Assembly (NCBI GenBank): GCA_035716845.1
Contig: DASTJE010000259.1
Coordinates: 2,638-66,637 of the forward strand
Length of the DNA stretch: 64,000 nucleotides
Direction of reading: 5' to 3'
Origin: Burkholderiaceae bacterium
GTDB lineage: Bacteria > Pseudomonadota > Gammaproteobacteria > Burkholderiales > Burkholderiaceae_C
A program made the translations under genes and the position numbers. The notes below the pieces were generated by a model, which saw nothing but the letters and a program-made list of their open reading frames with translations, searched no databases and was not told where the DNA came from. Below are positions 25,876 through 37,815 of this stretch, piece by piece; position 1 is the stretch's first letter, and every line of letters begins with the position of its first letter.

Positions 25876-26745
25876 TCAGGGTGCGAGATGCTGCCGCAGG
25901 AAGTCGAGCAGTTCGCGCTGCGACGCCTCCCGGGCGACCGGATCACCGCCCACATGAACGCCCTGCCCTGCATGGACGCCGCCATGCACGTCGCGACGGA
26001 CACGGACGGGGGCGACCGCGTCGAAGCCGTGGAAGGCCCCTTCGTACACGACGGCACGCACACCGCCCGCCGAACGCTCCGCCAGCGCCATGCAGGGTTG
26101 CGGGGCGGTCCAGTCGTCGGCGGCGCCCAGCAGCACCAGCAGCGGAGCACTGCTCTCATGACCGAGCCGCAGTTCCGCAACGCAGCCCGGGTAGAAGGCC
26201 ACCGCCACGCGCGGCGCCCGGGGCGCATGCGCCGGCAGGTCCCGGCGGCGGTTCGTGGCCGCCAGCACGGCGCTCCCGCCATGCGACCAGCCCACCAGCG
26301 CCACGCGCTGAGGATCGACGTCGTCACGCTCGGCCATCCACTTCATTGCGCCCAACGCGTCGTCGCGTCGGTGGGACTGATCGACGCTGCGGGTGCGCCG
26401 CGGCTGCGTGCACAGCTCGTGCACGCCCCGGCTGGAAAACGAGTCGAGCAACAGGACGTGCCAGCCCTCGCCATGGAACAGCTCTGCGTACGAGCGCATC
26501 CGTTCAGCGAGCCCGCCGCGGCGGTCGTACAGGCCGCCACAGCCGTGCATCAGCACGAGGGCCGGCCGCCGCGAGGGCACAGGTGCCGACGGGGCCGGCA
26601 TCCAGTGGCCCACCAGCGGCGCCCCCGCACGTTCGTCGAGCGTGGGCACCGTCACCCGCTCCCACCGGTCCGCCGAGGCGTTGCAGGAGACCGCGCAGAG
26701 AACGCCCGCCAGGGCGGTGCCGATCGCGCCGCGGCGCAGGGTCAC
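25876..26745 (-). CDS. Dienelactone hydrolase-family alpha/beta hydrolase (secreted)
   Basis: It lies within ORF 25876..26940. A GTG at 26745 overlaps the upstream GNAT stop (GTGA). It has a signal-like N-terminus and a GWSHGG nucleophile elbow. Confidence 0.75.
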   Translation of the reverse strand: MTLRRGAIGTALAGVLCAVSCNASADRWERVTVPTLDERAGAPLVGHWMPAPSAPVPSRRPALVLMHGCGGLYDRRGGLAERMRSYAELFHGEGWHVLLLDSFSSRGVHELCTQPRRTRSVDQSHRRDDALGAMKWMAERDDVDPQRVALVGWSHGGSAVLAATNRRRDLPAHAPRAPRVAVAFYPGCVAELRLGHESSAPLLVLLGAADDWTAPQPCMALAERSAGGVRAVVYEGAFHGFDAVAPVRVRRDVHGGVHAGQGVHVGGDPVAREASQRELLDFLRQHLAP

Positions 26746-27270
26746 GGGCCGATGCGCGGCGGGTTCGGATGCAACCGCGCCATCGCCAGGGTGTCGACGT
26801 AGACGCCGTCGCGCAAGGCATAGGCCCGGTGCACGCCTTCCTCGACGAAGCCGAAGCGGCGGTACAGCGCGATGGCGGGCACGTTGTCGGCGTACACGGT
26901 GAGCTCCAGGCGCAGGATCTGCGCCCAGCGGTCGGCCCAATCGACGAGCGCGGCCATCAGCGCGCTGCCCACGCCACGCCCCTGCGCCACCGAGGCGACG
27001 GCAATGCCGATCCCCGCCGCGTGGCGCCGTCGCACGCCGGCCACCGGGTGGATGCCCGCGTTGCCGACGACGTCGCCGTCGAGTTCGGCCACCAGCATCA
27101 CTTCGGCCGACCCCGCACCGGCCGGCATCTCGCCAATGCGCTTGCGCCAGAAGTCCTCGCTGCCGAAGGGCAGTTGCAGCAGTTGGCGCGCAACATCCGG
27201 CTCGGACATCGTGGCAGTGATCGCCGGCGCGTCGTCCGCACGCGCACGGCGCACCGCGATGCCCCGCCGG

Positions 27271-27278
<8 letters not shown>
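26742..27278 (-). CDS. GNAT-family N-acetyltransferase
   Basis: It lies within ORF 26742..27368. The motifs [10 protein letters not shown] and [12 protein letters not shown] are present. The candidate GTG start at 27278 overlaps the alaS stop by 8 nt (GTGCCTGA). An internal ATG (MSEPDV) is an alternative start. Confidence 0.75.
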
Positions 27279-29895
<2,617 letters not shown>

Positions 29896-29976
29896 AAGTG
29901 CTTGATTTCTCGTGGTTTTTTAGCGCCCTTCGGCGCCTGGCGGATTATAGGTGGGGGGTCTTCTATGATTGGCGGC

Positions 29977-31458
29977 ATGGACACCCCCACGACCTCTCCG
30001 CTGGCCGGGCTCAAGGACGCGAGCCTGCTCAAGACCGATGCGCTGATCAACGGCGAATGGGTCGCCGCCGAACGCCGCTTCCCGGTGACCGACCCGGCCA
30101 CCGGCGCCGTGCTGGCCGATGTGGCCAACCATGGCCCCTCGGCCGCCACGCAGGCCATCGCCGCAGCCGACCGCGCCTGGCCGGCGTGGCGCAACCGCCC
30201 GGCCAAGGAGCGCAGCGCGATCCTGATGAAGTGGTTCGCGCTGCTGCACCAGCACGCCGACGACCTCGCGCGCATCATGACGGCCGAGCAAGGCAAGCCG
30301 CTGGCCGAGGCCAAGGGCGAGGTCGGCTACGGCGCCAGCTTCCTCGAGTGGTTCGCCGAGGAAGGCAAGCGCGTCTACGGCGAGACGATCCCGACCACCG
30401 ACCCCAACAAGCGCTACCTGGTGCTCAAGCAGCCGGTGGGCGTGTGCGCGGCGATCACGCCGTGGAACTTCCCGATCGCGATGATCACGCGCAAGGTCGC
30501 GCCCGCGCTGGCCGCCGGCTGCCCGGTGGTCATCAAGCCGGCCGAGCAGACGCCGCTGTCGGCGCTCGCCGTGGCCGAACTGGCGCAGCGCGCCGGCATG
30601 CCCGCCGGCGTGCTCAACGTGCTCACGGCCGACGGCGAGGGCTCGATCGCGATCGGCAAGGTGCTGTGCGAGAGCGACACGGTGCGCCACCTGTCATTCA
30701 CCGGATCGACCGAGGTGGGCCGCATCCTGATGCGCCAGTGCGCGCCGACGATCAAGAAGCTCAGCCTCGAGCTCGGTGGCAACGCGCCCTTCATCGTGTT
30801 CGACGACGCCGACCTCGACAGCGCGGTCGAGGGCGCGATGATCAGCAAGTACCGCAATGCCGGGCAGACCTGCGTGTGCGCCAACCGTCTTTATGTGCAG
30901 GCCGGGGTCTACGACGCCTTCGTGGCCAAGCTGGCCGCCAAGGCCCAGGGCATCAAGGTCGGCAACGGCTTCGAGCCCGGCGTCAACCAGGGCCCGTTGA
31001 TCGACGATGCCGCCATGGCCAAGGTCGAGGCCCACGTGGCCGACGCGCTGGCCAAGGGCGCGCGCGTCGTGGTAGGCGGCACGCGCCAGGGCGAGCGCTT
31101 CTACACGCCGACCGTGCTGGCCGACGTGACCGGCGCGATGCTGTGCGCACGCGAGGAGACCTTCGGCCCGGTGGCCCCGGTGTTCCGCTTCGACACCGAG
31201 GCCGAAGCGATCGCGCTGGCCAATGCCACCGAGTTCGGCCTGGCGAGCTACTTCTACAGCCGCGACGTCGGCCGCATCTTCCGCGTCGGCGAGGCGCTCG
31301 AATACGGCATGGTCGGCATCAACACCGGCCTGATCTCGACGGCCGAAGTGCCCTTCGGCGGCGTCAAGCAGAGCGGCCTCGGGCGCGAAGGCTCGCACCA
31401 TGGCATCGACGACTACGTCGAGACGAAGTACCTCTGCCTGGGTGACGTGCTGAAGTAG
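29977..31458 (+). CDS. gabD: NAD(P)-dependent succinate-semialdehyde dehydrogenase
   Basis: This is the 3' part of ORF 26872..31458. The start is ATG 29977, or 29965. Aldehyde dehydrogenase motifs are present (ELGGNAP, GQTCVCANR, FGGVKQSGLGREG). Confidence 0.9.
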   Translation: MDTPTTSPLAGLKDASLLKTDALINGEWVAAERRFPVTDPATGAVLADVANHGPSAATQAIAAADRAWPAWRNRPAKERSAILMKWFALLHQHADDLARIMTAEQGKPLAEAKGEVGYGASFLEWFAEEGKRVYGETIPTTDPNKRYLVLKQPVGVCAAITPWNFPIAMITRKVAPALAAGCPVVIKPAEQTPLSALAVAELAQRAGMPAGVLNVLTADGEGSIAIGKVLCESDTVRHLSFTGSTEVGRILMRQCAPTIKKLSLELGGNAPFIVFDDADLDSAVEGAMISKYRNAGQTCVCANRLYVQAGVYDAFVAKLAAKAQGIKVGNGFEPGVNQGPLIDDAAMAKVEAHVADALAKGARVVVGGTRQGERFYTPTVLADVTGAMLCAREETFGPVAPVFRFDTEAEAIALANATEFGLASYFYSRDVGRIFRVGEALEYGMVGINTGLISTAEVPFGGVKQSGLGREGSHHGIDDYVETKYLCLGDVLK

Positions 31459-32349
31459 TCAGTCGTTGGCCGCCGGGGCCGCCCCGCGCTCGACGCGGTT
31501 GGCGAAGCCCTCGCGGCCCATCGCCGCACGCCCGGCTGCCTGGCCCAGGCAACGCCGCAGCAGGGCGTCGGCGTCCTTGCCATGCTCCGGGTACAGCGCC
31601 AGGCCCGCACTGAGCGCGATGGCGACGTCGGAGCCGGCCACCGAGAACGGCTGCCGCAGCGACTGCATCAGCTTGCGCGTGACACGCTCGCCATCGGCGG
31701 GCGAATCGATCCAGGCCAGCAGCACGACGAACGCGTCGTCGCCCACCGAGGCGACGACATCGCTGGCGCGCAGGCTGGCACGCAGCCGCACCGCCACCTT
31801 GCGCCTCAGCACGTTGGCCGACTCCAGCCCGAAACGCGCCGCCACCGTGGCCAGCCCTTCGACCCGCAGTGCGATCGTGGCCATCGGTGCGGGCTCGCGC
31901 TCGCGCAGCGCGAGCAGGTGCGTCATGTGCTCGAGCAACTGCCCATGGTTCGGCAGGCCGGTGGCCAGGTCGGTGGCCAGCGCGCGCCGCGCACGGCGAT
32001 CGATCGCCTTGCGCTGCACGCCGATCTCCATCCGGCGGCGCAGCGCTTCGGCGGCCCCGTCCGACTGCACGACGACGTCCTGCACGCCGCGTTCGAGCAA
32101 GGACGTCTGCTCCTCGTCGGAGGGGGCATGGCTCAGCACGACCACCACGGCGCTGTCGAGCACGGCCTGCGACAGGGCCGGCCAGCCGAGGACGTCCTGC
32201 ACCGGCACCGCCAACAGCACGACTTCGTACGACACGTCGGACAGGCGCTGCGCGGCCTCGGACAGCGTCGCGCAGCAAGTGGCCCCCGGCACGTCCAGCC
32301 CGGCGCTCAGCAGGGTGGCCGTGGGCTTGGCGGCGGCGATATCGGTCAT
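31459..32349 (-). CDS. REC-like + GGDEF-domain protein with degenerate active site
   Basis: ORF 31459..32349. It has a GLPNHG start-of-GGDEF motif. GDDAF sits in place of GGDEF, and RASD lies 5 residues upstream (I-site position). The N-terminal CheY-like region has LLAVP where LLD is expected. Confidence 0.8.
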   Translation of the reverse strand: MTDIAAAKPTATLLSAGLDVPGATCCATLSEAAQRLSDVSYEVVLLAVPVQDVLGWPALSQAVLDSAVVVVLSHAPSDEEQTSLLERGVQDVVVQSDGAAEALRRRMEIGVQRKAIDRRARRALATDLATGLPNHGQLLEHMTHLLALREREPAPMATIALRVEGLATVAARFGLESANVLRRKVAVRLRASLRASDVVASVGDDAFVVLLAWIDSPADGERVTRKLMQSLRQPFSVAGSDVAIALSAGLALYPEHGKDADALLRRCLGQAAGRAAMGREGFANRVERGAAPAAND

Positions 32350-32408
32350 GAGGTCAGCACGGGGCCGAAGGAAAACGAAAAAGGGCCCCGCACGGGGCCC
32401 TGGGATCC

Positions 32409-32482
32409 TGGAGCGGGTGAAGGGAATCGAACCCTCGTATGAAGCTTGGGAAGCTGCCGTTCTACCATTGAACTACACCCGC
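32409..32482 (-). tRNA. tRNA-Gly (anticodon CCC)
   Basis: The reverse complement is GCGGGTGTAGTTCAATGGTAGAACGGCAGCTTCCCAAGCTTCATACGAGGGTTCGATTCCCTTCACCCGCTCCA. It is 74 nt, folds as a cloverleaf, encodes CCA, and is near-identical to my recollection of E. coli glyU. Confidence 0.95.
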
Positions 32483-32544
32483 GAAGGCGCCGAGTTTAAG
32501 GCATCGACCGACCATCCTGCAGGGCGTTTGGGACAATCCGCGCC

Positions 32545-33255
32545 ATGACGGACACCGAACCTCCGGGCACCGACAGCCGCAGCCAGCGTGCCGTGCGCAG
32601 CTATGTGCTGCGCGCAGGGCGGCTCGGCTCGGGCCAGGCGCGTGCGCTGGCCGAACTGGCACCGCGCTACGTGCTGCCCTTCACCGCCACGGCCCTCGAT
32701 GCGGCGGCGATCTTCGGCCGCCATGCACCGCTCGTGCTGGAGATCGGATTCGGCATGGGCCATGCCACGGCGGCGATCGCTGCGGCCAGGCCCGATACGG
32801 ACTTCCTCGGCATCGAGGTTCACGAAGCGGGCGTCGGCGCACTGCTGCAGCGCATCGAATCTGCGGCGCTCGGCAATCTGCGCATCGTGCGGCACGACGC
32901 CGTCGAGGTGCTGCGGCACATGGTCGCGCCGGGATCGCTCGCCGGAGTTCATCTGTTCTTCCCGGACCCGTGGCCCAAGAAGCGACACTGGAAACGGCGC
33001 CTCGTGCAGCCGCCTTTCGCTGCGCTGGTGGCCTCGCGGCTGGCACCGGGCGGCGTGTTCCATGCCGCCACCGACTGGCAGCCCTATGCCGAGCAGATGC
33101 TCGAAGTGCTGTCGGCGGATGCTCAGCTGGAGAACACGGCCCTGGACTATGCCGCGCGGCCTTCGTACCGACCGCTGACGAAGTTCGAGCAACGCGGCCT
33201 GGCGCTCGGCCACGGCGTGTGGGACCTGGTGTTCCGGCGCCGCGCGGCCTGCTGA
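32545..33255 (+). CDS. trmB: tRNA (guanine46-N7)-methyltransferase
   Basis: ORF 32545..33255. The motifs [15 protein letters not shown] and [14 protein letters not shown] are present. Confidence 0.9.
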   Translation: MTDTEPPGTDSRSQRAVRSYVLRAGRLGSGQARALAELAPRYVLPFTATALDAAAIFGRHAPLVLEIGFGMGHATAAIAAARPDTDFLGIEVHEAGVGALLQRIESAALGNLRIVRHDAVEVLRHMVAPGSLAGVHLFFPDPWPKKRHWKRRLVQPPFAALVASRLAPGGVFHAATDWQPYAEQMLEVLSADAQLENTALDYAARPSYRPLTKFEQRGLALGHGVWDLVFRRRAAC

Positions 33256-33259
33256 GACC

Positions 33260-33940
33260 TCAGGGCGCGCGGCGGTAAGGCTCCTCGAAATCGAGGAAGT
33301 CGCGCTCGGCCAGCGCGTCGGCCACCCAGGCCGCCACCCCGGGCGACGACCACAATCGAGCGATGTAGGCGCGCGATGCCGCAGAGACGGGCAGGTCGTA
33401 GGTGCGCACGCGTGCCGCCACCGGAGCGAAATAGGCGTCTGCGGCGCCGAACTCGCCGAACAGGAACGGCCCGCCGCCGACGGCCAGTTGCTCGCCCCAG
33501 AGCGAATCGATGCGCGCGAGGTCGCGCTGCACGGCGTCGTTCTCGCGCATCAGTCGGGCGCCCACCTCGGGCAGCGACGCCTCGATGTTCATCGGTGCAT
33601 GCTGGCGCAGCGCGCCGAAGCCGGCATGCATCTCCGCGCACAGGCTGCGCGCGCGCGCACGCGGCTGCCACTCGCGCGGCCAGATCGCAAGCTGCGGGTG
33701 CAGGTCCGCCAGGGTCTCGACGATGGCCAGGGTGTCCCAGACCGCGAAGCCGTCGACCCTCAGTACCGGCACCTTGCCCGTGGGCGTGTGGCATGCAAGC
33801 TCGCGGTAGAACGCAGAACCGGGCGTGAAGTCGAAGCGCAGGCGGATCTCGTCGAACGCGATGCCGAAGTGCTTCATCAGCACCCACGGCCTCATCGACC
33901 ACGACGAGTAGTTCTTGTTGCCGATCACGAGTTGCAGCAC
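33260..33940 (-). CDS. Glutathione S-transferase family protein
   Basis: ORF 33260..33940. The N-terminus is MLQLVIGNKNYSSWSMRPW (YfcF/YghU-like). The GST N and C domain layout is present. Confidence 0.85.
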   Translation of the reverse strand: MLQLVIGNKNYSSWSMRPWVLMKHFGIAFDEIRLRFDFTPGSAFYRELACHTPTGKVPVLRVDGFAVWDTLAIVETLADLHPQLAIWPREWQPRARARSLCAEMHAGFGALRQHAPMNIEASLPEVGARLMRENDAVQRDLARIDSLWGEQLAVGGGPFLFGEFGAADAYFAPVAARVRTYDLPVSAASRAYIARLWSSPGVAAWVADALAERDFLDFEEPYRRAP

Positions 33941-33971
33941 CGTGGCCTCCTTGCGCGAAAGTACGGCGCGC

Positions 33972-34835
33972 CTAGGCGCGCCATTCGACCCAGCCGGTGG
34001 CCGCGGTCAGCAGGACGAGGCCGCCGAACGCGATGCGATACCACGCGAAGCCGGTGAAGTCGTGCGTCGCGACGAAGCGGATCAGCCAGCGGATCACCAG
34101 CCAGGCGCTCAGGAACGCGAACACCAGGCCGACGCCGAAGACCGGCAGGTCGGCCGCCGACAGCGCCGCGCGCTCCTTCCACACCGAGTAGGCCCCAGCG
34201 CCGATCAACGTGGGAATCGCGAGGTAGAAGCTGAATTCGGTGGCGGCACGACGCGAGAACCCGAACAGCATGGCGCCGATGATGGTGGCCCCCGACCGGC
34301 TGGTGCCGGGGATCAGCGCCAGGCATTGCACAAGGCCCACCTTCAACGCGTCGAGCGCGCTCATGTCGTCGACCGATTCGACACGCGCGTGGCGCACGCC
34401 TTCGAGGTCGCGCGCACCGTACGCGGCGCGGTGCCGACGCTCGACCCAGAGGATGACCAGCCCACCCAGGACGAAGGCCAGCGCCACCGGGACGGGATGG
34501 AACAGATGGGCCTTGATCAGCTTGCCCAGCGCCAGGCCGAACACCACCGCCGGCGCAAACGCGATCAGCACGTTGCGGGCAAATCGTTGCGCCACCGGGT
34601 CGTCGGTCAGGCCGCGTACCGTGCGCGCCAGCCGCTCGCGGTACTCCCAGATCACGGCCAGCATGGCGCCGGTCTGGATGGCGACTTCGAAGACCTTGGC
34701 CGACTCGCCGGTGAAACGCAACAGCGACGCCGCGAGGATGAGGTGGCCGGTCGACGAGATCGGAAGGAACTCGGTCAGCCCCTCGACGACCCCCATCACC
34801 GCGGCCTTGGCCAGCATCCATCCATCCAAGTCCAT
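33972..34835 (-). CDS. uppP: Undecaprenyl-diphosphate phosphatase
   Basis: ORF 33972..34835. The motifs [18 protein letters not shown] and [10 protein letters not shown] are present. Confidence 0.95.
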   Translation of the reverse strand: MDLDGWMLAKAAVMGVVEGLTEFLPISSTGHLILAASLLRFTGESAKVFEVAIQTGAMLAVIWEYRERLARTVRGLTDDPVAQRFARNVLIAFAPAVVFGLALGKLIKAHLFHPVPVALAFVLGGLVILWVERRHRAAYGARDLEGVRHARVESVDDMSALDALKVGLVQCLALIPGTSRSGATIIGAMLFGFSRRAATEFSFYLAIPTLIGAGAYSVWKERAALSAADLPVFGVGLVFAFLSAWLVIRWLIRFVATHDFTGFAWYRIAFGGLVLLTAATGWVEWRA

Positions 34836-34945
34836 CTCCCCGGGGCAGCCGAATCTGAAGCGGGCGGATCATACGCGGGCCTTCCGGCCGGACCATCGAA
34901 GGGCATGCACGGTCGATTGACGGCGCCTCGTGAGCGGCCTACATT

Positions 34946-34959
34946 ACTGACTGGTCAGT
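34946..34959. promoter_or_regulatory. Near-palindrome ACTGACT/GGTCAGT, a candidate TetR operator
   Basis: Read from the sequence. It lies 7-20 nt upstream of the first ATG of the TetR gene, and only the central pair is mismatched. Confidence 0.4.
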
Positions 34960-34965
34960 CATTAA

Positions 34966-35649
34966 ATGAGCCCAATGTCTCCCGTCGCCGCCACGGCGCC
35001 ACGCCAGCGCCGCAAGCAGGCGCGTCCCCAGGAACTGCTCGACGCCGCATTGGCCCTGTTCGTCGAGAAGGGCTTCGCTGCCACCCGCGCGGAGGAAGTG
35101 GCCCAGCGCGCTGGCGTGTCCAAGGGGACGCTCTACCTCTACTACCCCAGCAAGGAAGAACTGCTCAAGGCCGTGATCGGGCATTTCGTGTCGGCGCGCA
35201 TCGCCGACACGGCGCAGGCGGTCGAACGGCATGAGGGGCCGATCGCCCCCTTGCTCGAGGACATCCTCGTGCGTTGGTGGCGTGACATGTACGACAGCCC
35301 GGGATCGGGCACGTTCAAGCTGATGATCGGCGAGGCACGCAACTTCCCGGAAATCGCCGAGTTCTACGTGCGCGAGGTGATCGAGCCTGGCCACCGTCTC
35401 ACGCGCCGCCTGCTCGAGCGCGGTATCGCCTCCGGCGAGTTCCGCCCGGTGGACGTGGAGAGCGCGGTGCACTCGCTCCTGCTGCCGCTGGTCATGGCAT
35501 GCACCCACAAGCACGCCTTCGGCGCATGCACCACGCACCTCCTCGACGCCCACCGTTTCATCGCCCACCACGTGCATCTGGTGACCCAGGGGCTGTTGCA
35601 GGCGCCACCTAGAATCGCGGGCAAACCGGCATCCCCCAGCGCCCGATGA
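34966..35649 (+). CDS. TetR/AcrR-family transcriptional regulator
   Basis: ORF 34966..35649. The HTH is LLDAALALFVEKGFAATRAEEVAQRAGVSKGTLYLYYPSKEEL. Confidence 0.9.
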   Translation: MSPMSPVAATAPRQRRKQARPQELLDAALALFVEKGFAATRAEEVAQRAGVSKGTLYLYYPSKEELLKAVIGHFVSARIADTAQAVERHEGPIAPLLEDILVRWWRDMYDSPGSGTFKLMIGEARNFPEIAEFYVREVIEPGHRLTRRLLERGIASGEFRPVDVESAVHSLLLPLVMACTHKHAFGACTTHLLDAHRFIAHHVHLVTQGLLQAPPRIAGKPASPSAR

Positions 35650-36299
35650 ACATCGAACAAGCCCGCTTCAACATGATCGAGCAGCAGATCCGCCCCTGGG
35701 AGGTGTTGGATCAGGGCGTGCTCAGCCTGCTGTCCGACGTCCATCGCGAGGACTTCGTCCCCCCCGCGTACCGCGCACTGGCCTTCGTGGACACCGAGGT
35801 GCCGCTTCCCGAGGGCCAGCGCATGCTGGCCCCCAAGATCGAGGCGCGCCTGCTGCAGGAACTGCGCCTGACGGGCCAGGAACGCGTGCTCGAGGTGGGC
35901 ACCGGTTCGGGCCACATGGCGGCGCTGTTGGGCCGCATGGCACGCTCGGTGACCAGCGTGGAGATCCGGCCCGCGCTGGCGGCCTGTGCGCGCGACAACC
36001 TGCGCCGCACCGGGCTCGCGAACGTGACCGTGCGTGAAGGCAATGGCAGCACTGGACAGCCGGCCGAAGCGCCGTTCGACGTCATCCTGCTCTCGGGCTC
36101 GGTTGCGAAGGTGCCCGACGGCCTGCTGGCACAACTCGCCCTGGGCGGGCGCCTGGCCGCCATCGTCGGCCACGAGCCGGTGATGCACGCCGTGCTGATC
36201 ACCAAGGTGGCCGAGGCCCAGTTCAAGCGCGTCGAGCTGTTCGACACGGTAGCCCCGCGTCTGGACGGCTTCCCCGAGCCGACCCGCTTCGCGTTCTAA
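35646..36299 (+). CDS. Protein-L-isoaspartate O-methyltransferase-family protein
   Basis: ORF 35646..36299. The SAM motif VLEVGTGSGHMAALL is present, and the start overlaps the TetR stop (ATGA). Confidence 0.85.
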   Translation: MNIEQARFNMIEQQIRPWEVLDQGVLSLLSDVHREDFVPPAYRALAFVDTEVPLPEGQRMLAPKIEARLLQELRLTGQERVLEVGTGSGHMAALLGRMARSVTSVEIRPALAACARDNLRRTGLANVTVREGNGSTGQPAEAPFDVILLSGSVAKVPDGLLAQLALGGRLAAIVGHEPVMHAVLITKVAEAQFKRVELFDTVAPRLDGFPEPTRFAF

Positions 36300-36434
36300 T
36301 GTGCCAAAGGCCCCGACCGCATTGCAGTCCGCGCCCGCAATTCGACGCCTCGTCGCAAGCGCTGCGCATGACCAGCGCGATGCGGGTACAAGTGCGGTTT
36401 CCGTCCCCGTCACATCCCCCAGGAGAACCACGCC

Positions 36435-37766
36435 ATGTCGCGCCGAACCCTCATCCTGCTGCTGACGCCGGTCGCCCTTGCAGCGTCCATGGCCAGCCAT
36501 GCGCAGAGCCTGCAGGAGGTCTACGAAGCCGCACGCGCCTATGACGCAAGCTACCTGGCGGCGCTGGCGCAGGCCGATTCGGTGCAGTACCGCACGGCGC
36601 AGGCGCGCGCGCTGCGGCTGCCCAGCGTCTCCCTGAGCGGCGGCCTCACGCGCGCCGAGGCCGACCCCCCCCGCAGCACCTTCAATCCCAAGGGCGACCG
36701 CTCCGGCACGCTCACGCACGCGGTGACGGTCAACGGCCGCCAGGCGCTCTTCAACCAGGGCAACAAGGTGACGATCGAGCAGGCCGAGAGATCCCTCGAG
36801 GTCGCCCAGGCCGATCTGCGCATCGCCGAGCAGGAGCTGATCGTGCGCGTGGCGCAGGCCTACTTCGACGTGCTGGTGGCGCAGGATGCGCTGGCGGCCG
36901 CGCAAGCGAACAAGAAGGCCGTGAGCGAGCAGCTCGCCTCGGCCAAGCGCAACTTCGAGGTCGGCACGGCCACCATCACCGACACGCGCGAAGCGCAGGC
37001 GCGCTTCGACCTGGCCACCGCCACCGAGTTGGCGTCGGAAAACGACCTGCGCACCAAGCGCATCGCGCTCGACCAGCTCGTCGGCCGCCAGGGCATCACG
37101 CCGCGGCCGCTGGCCACGCCGGTGGCGCTGCCGGCGTTGACACCCGCCAACGTGGACGACTGGGTCGCACCGACGCAAAACGACCACCCCGCGGTGCGCA
37201 AGGCGCAGCTCGGGCTGGACATCGCTCGCCTGGAGACCGAGAAGGCCCGGGCCGGACACTGGCCGACGATCGACGCCGTCGCCAGCCTGGGCTCCAGCCA
37301 CGTCAATGGCAGCGGCGCGACCATCCCGGGCACGACGGGCAGCGCCAGCCTCGGCGTGCAGCTGTCCTTGCCGCTGTACGCCGGCCACGCGGTGCAGAAC
37401 CGCGTGAAGGAGACGCTGTCGCTGGAGGAGAAATCGCGCAACGACTACGAGAATGCGCGTCGCAGCGTCGCCCAGGCCACCCGCGTCGCCTATTTCGGCT
37501 ACCAGTCGGGCTCCGCCCAGGCCAAGGCGCTCGAAGCAGCCGAGGCGTCGAGCAAGCTGGCGCTCGAGGCCACGCAACTCGGATACCGCGTGGGCGTGCG
37601 CGTCAACCTCGACGTGCTCAACGCGCAGACCCAGTTGTTCACCACCCAGCGCGACCTCTCGAAGGCGCGCTACGACGTGCTGCTGGCGGGACTTCGCCTG
37701 CGCCAGGCGGCCGGCGTGCTGCAGCCCAGCGACGTCGGCGCGGTCAATTCACTGCTGTCCAGGTGA
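36435..37766 (+). CDS. tolC: TolC-family outer-membrane channel
   Basis: ORF 36435..37766. It has a signal peptide, an AGGAGA Shine-Dalgarno, and a duplicated coiled-coil/beta-barrel repeat pattern (LQEVYEAARAYDASYLAA..., ...RYDVLLAGLRLRQAAG). Confidence 0.9.
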   Translation: MSRRTLILLLTPVALAASMASHAQSLQEVYEAARAYDASYLAALAQADSVQYRTAQARALRLPSVSLSGGLTRAEADPPRSTFNPKGDRSGTLTHAVTVNGRQALFNQGNKVTIEQAERSLEVAQADLRIAEQELIVRVAQAYFDVLVAQDALAAAQANKKAVSEQLASAKRNFEVGTATITDTREAQARFDLATATELASENDLRTKRIALDQLVGRQGITPRPLATPVALPALTPANVDDWVAPTQNDHPAVRKAQLGLDIARLETEKARAGHWPTIDAVASLGSSHVNGSGATIPGTTGSASLGVQLSLPLYAGHAVQNRVKETLSLEEKSRNDYENARRSVAQATRVAYFGYQSGSAQAKALEAAEASSKLALEATQLGYRVGVRVNLDVLNAQTQLFTTQRDLSKARYDVLLAGLRLRQAAGVLQPSDVGAVNSLLSR

Positions 37767-37815
37767 GCACCCGCGCGGCGCGGCGCTGACCGCGCGGCGC
37801 CAGCACACCGACGCC

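Noticed and set aside
29915-29945. The GCGCC-CTTC-GGCGC hairpin with an adjacent T6/A6 run in the alaS-gabD divergent region, as a possible terminator
   Set aside because: The U-run precedes the stem on the plus strand, and an A-run follows it on the minus strand. It therefore cannot act as an intrinsic terminator in either orientation, and it sits between two divergent starts. It is possibly a leader structure, but this is unsupported.
32350-32544. Possible integration hotspot or genomic island at tRNA-Gly, and likewise at the Asp/Glu/Ala tRNA cluster
   Set aside because: There is no integrase, no direct repeat of the tRNA 3' end, and the flanking genes (GGDEF, gabD, trmB, gltX, dctM) have host-like GC and codon appearance.
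37767-37815. A GC-rich direct repeat (CGCGCGGCGC twice) between the convergent tolC and waaA genes, as a possible terminator
   Set aside because: The two copies are direct, not inverted, so no stable hairpin or T-tract is formed.
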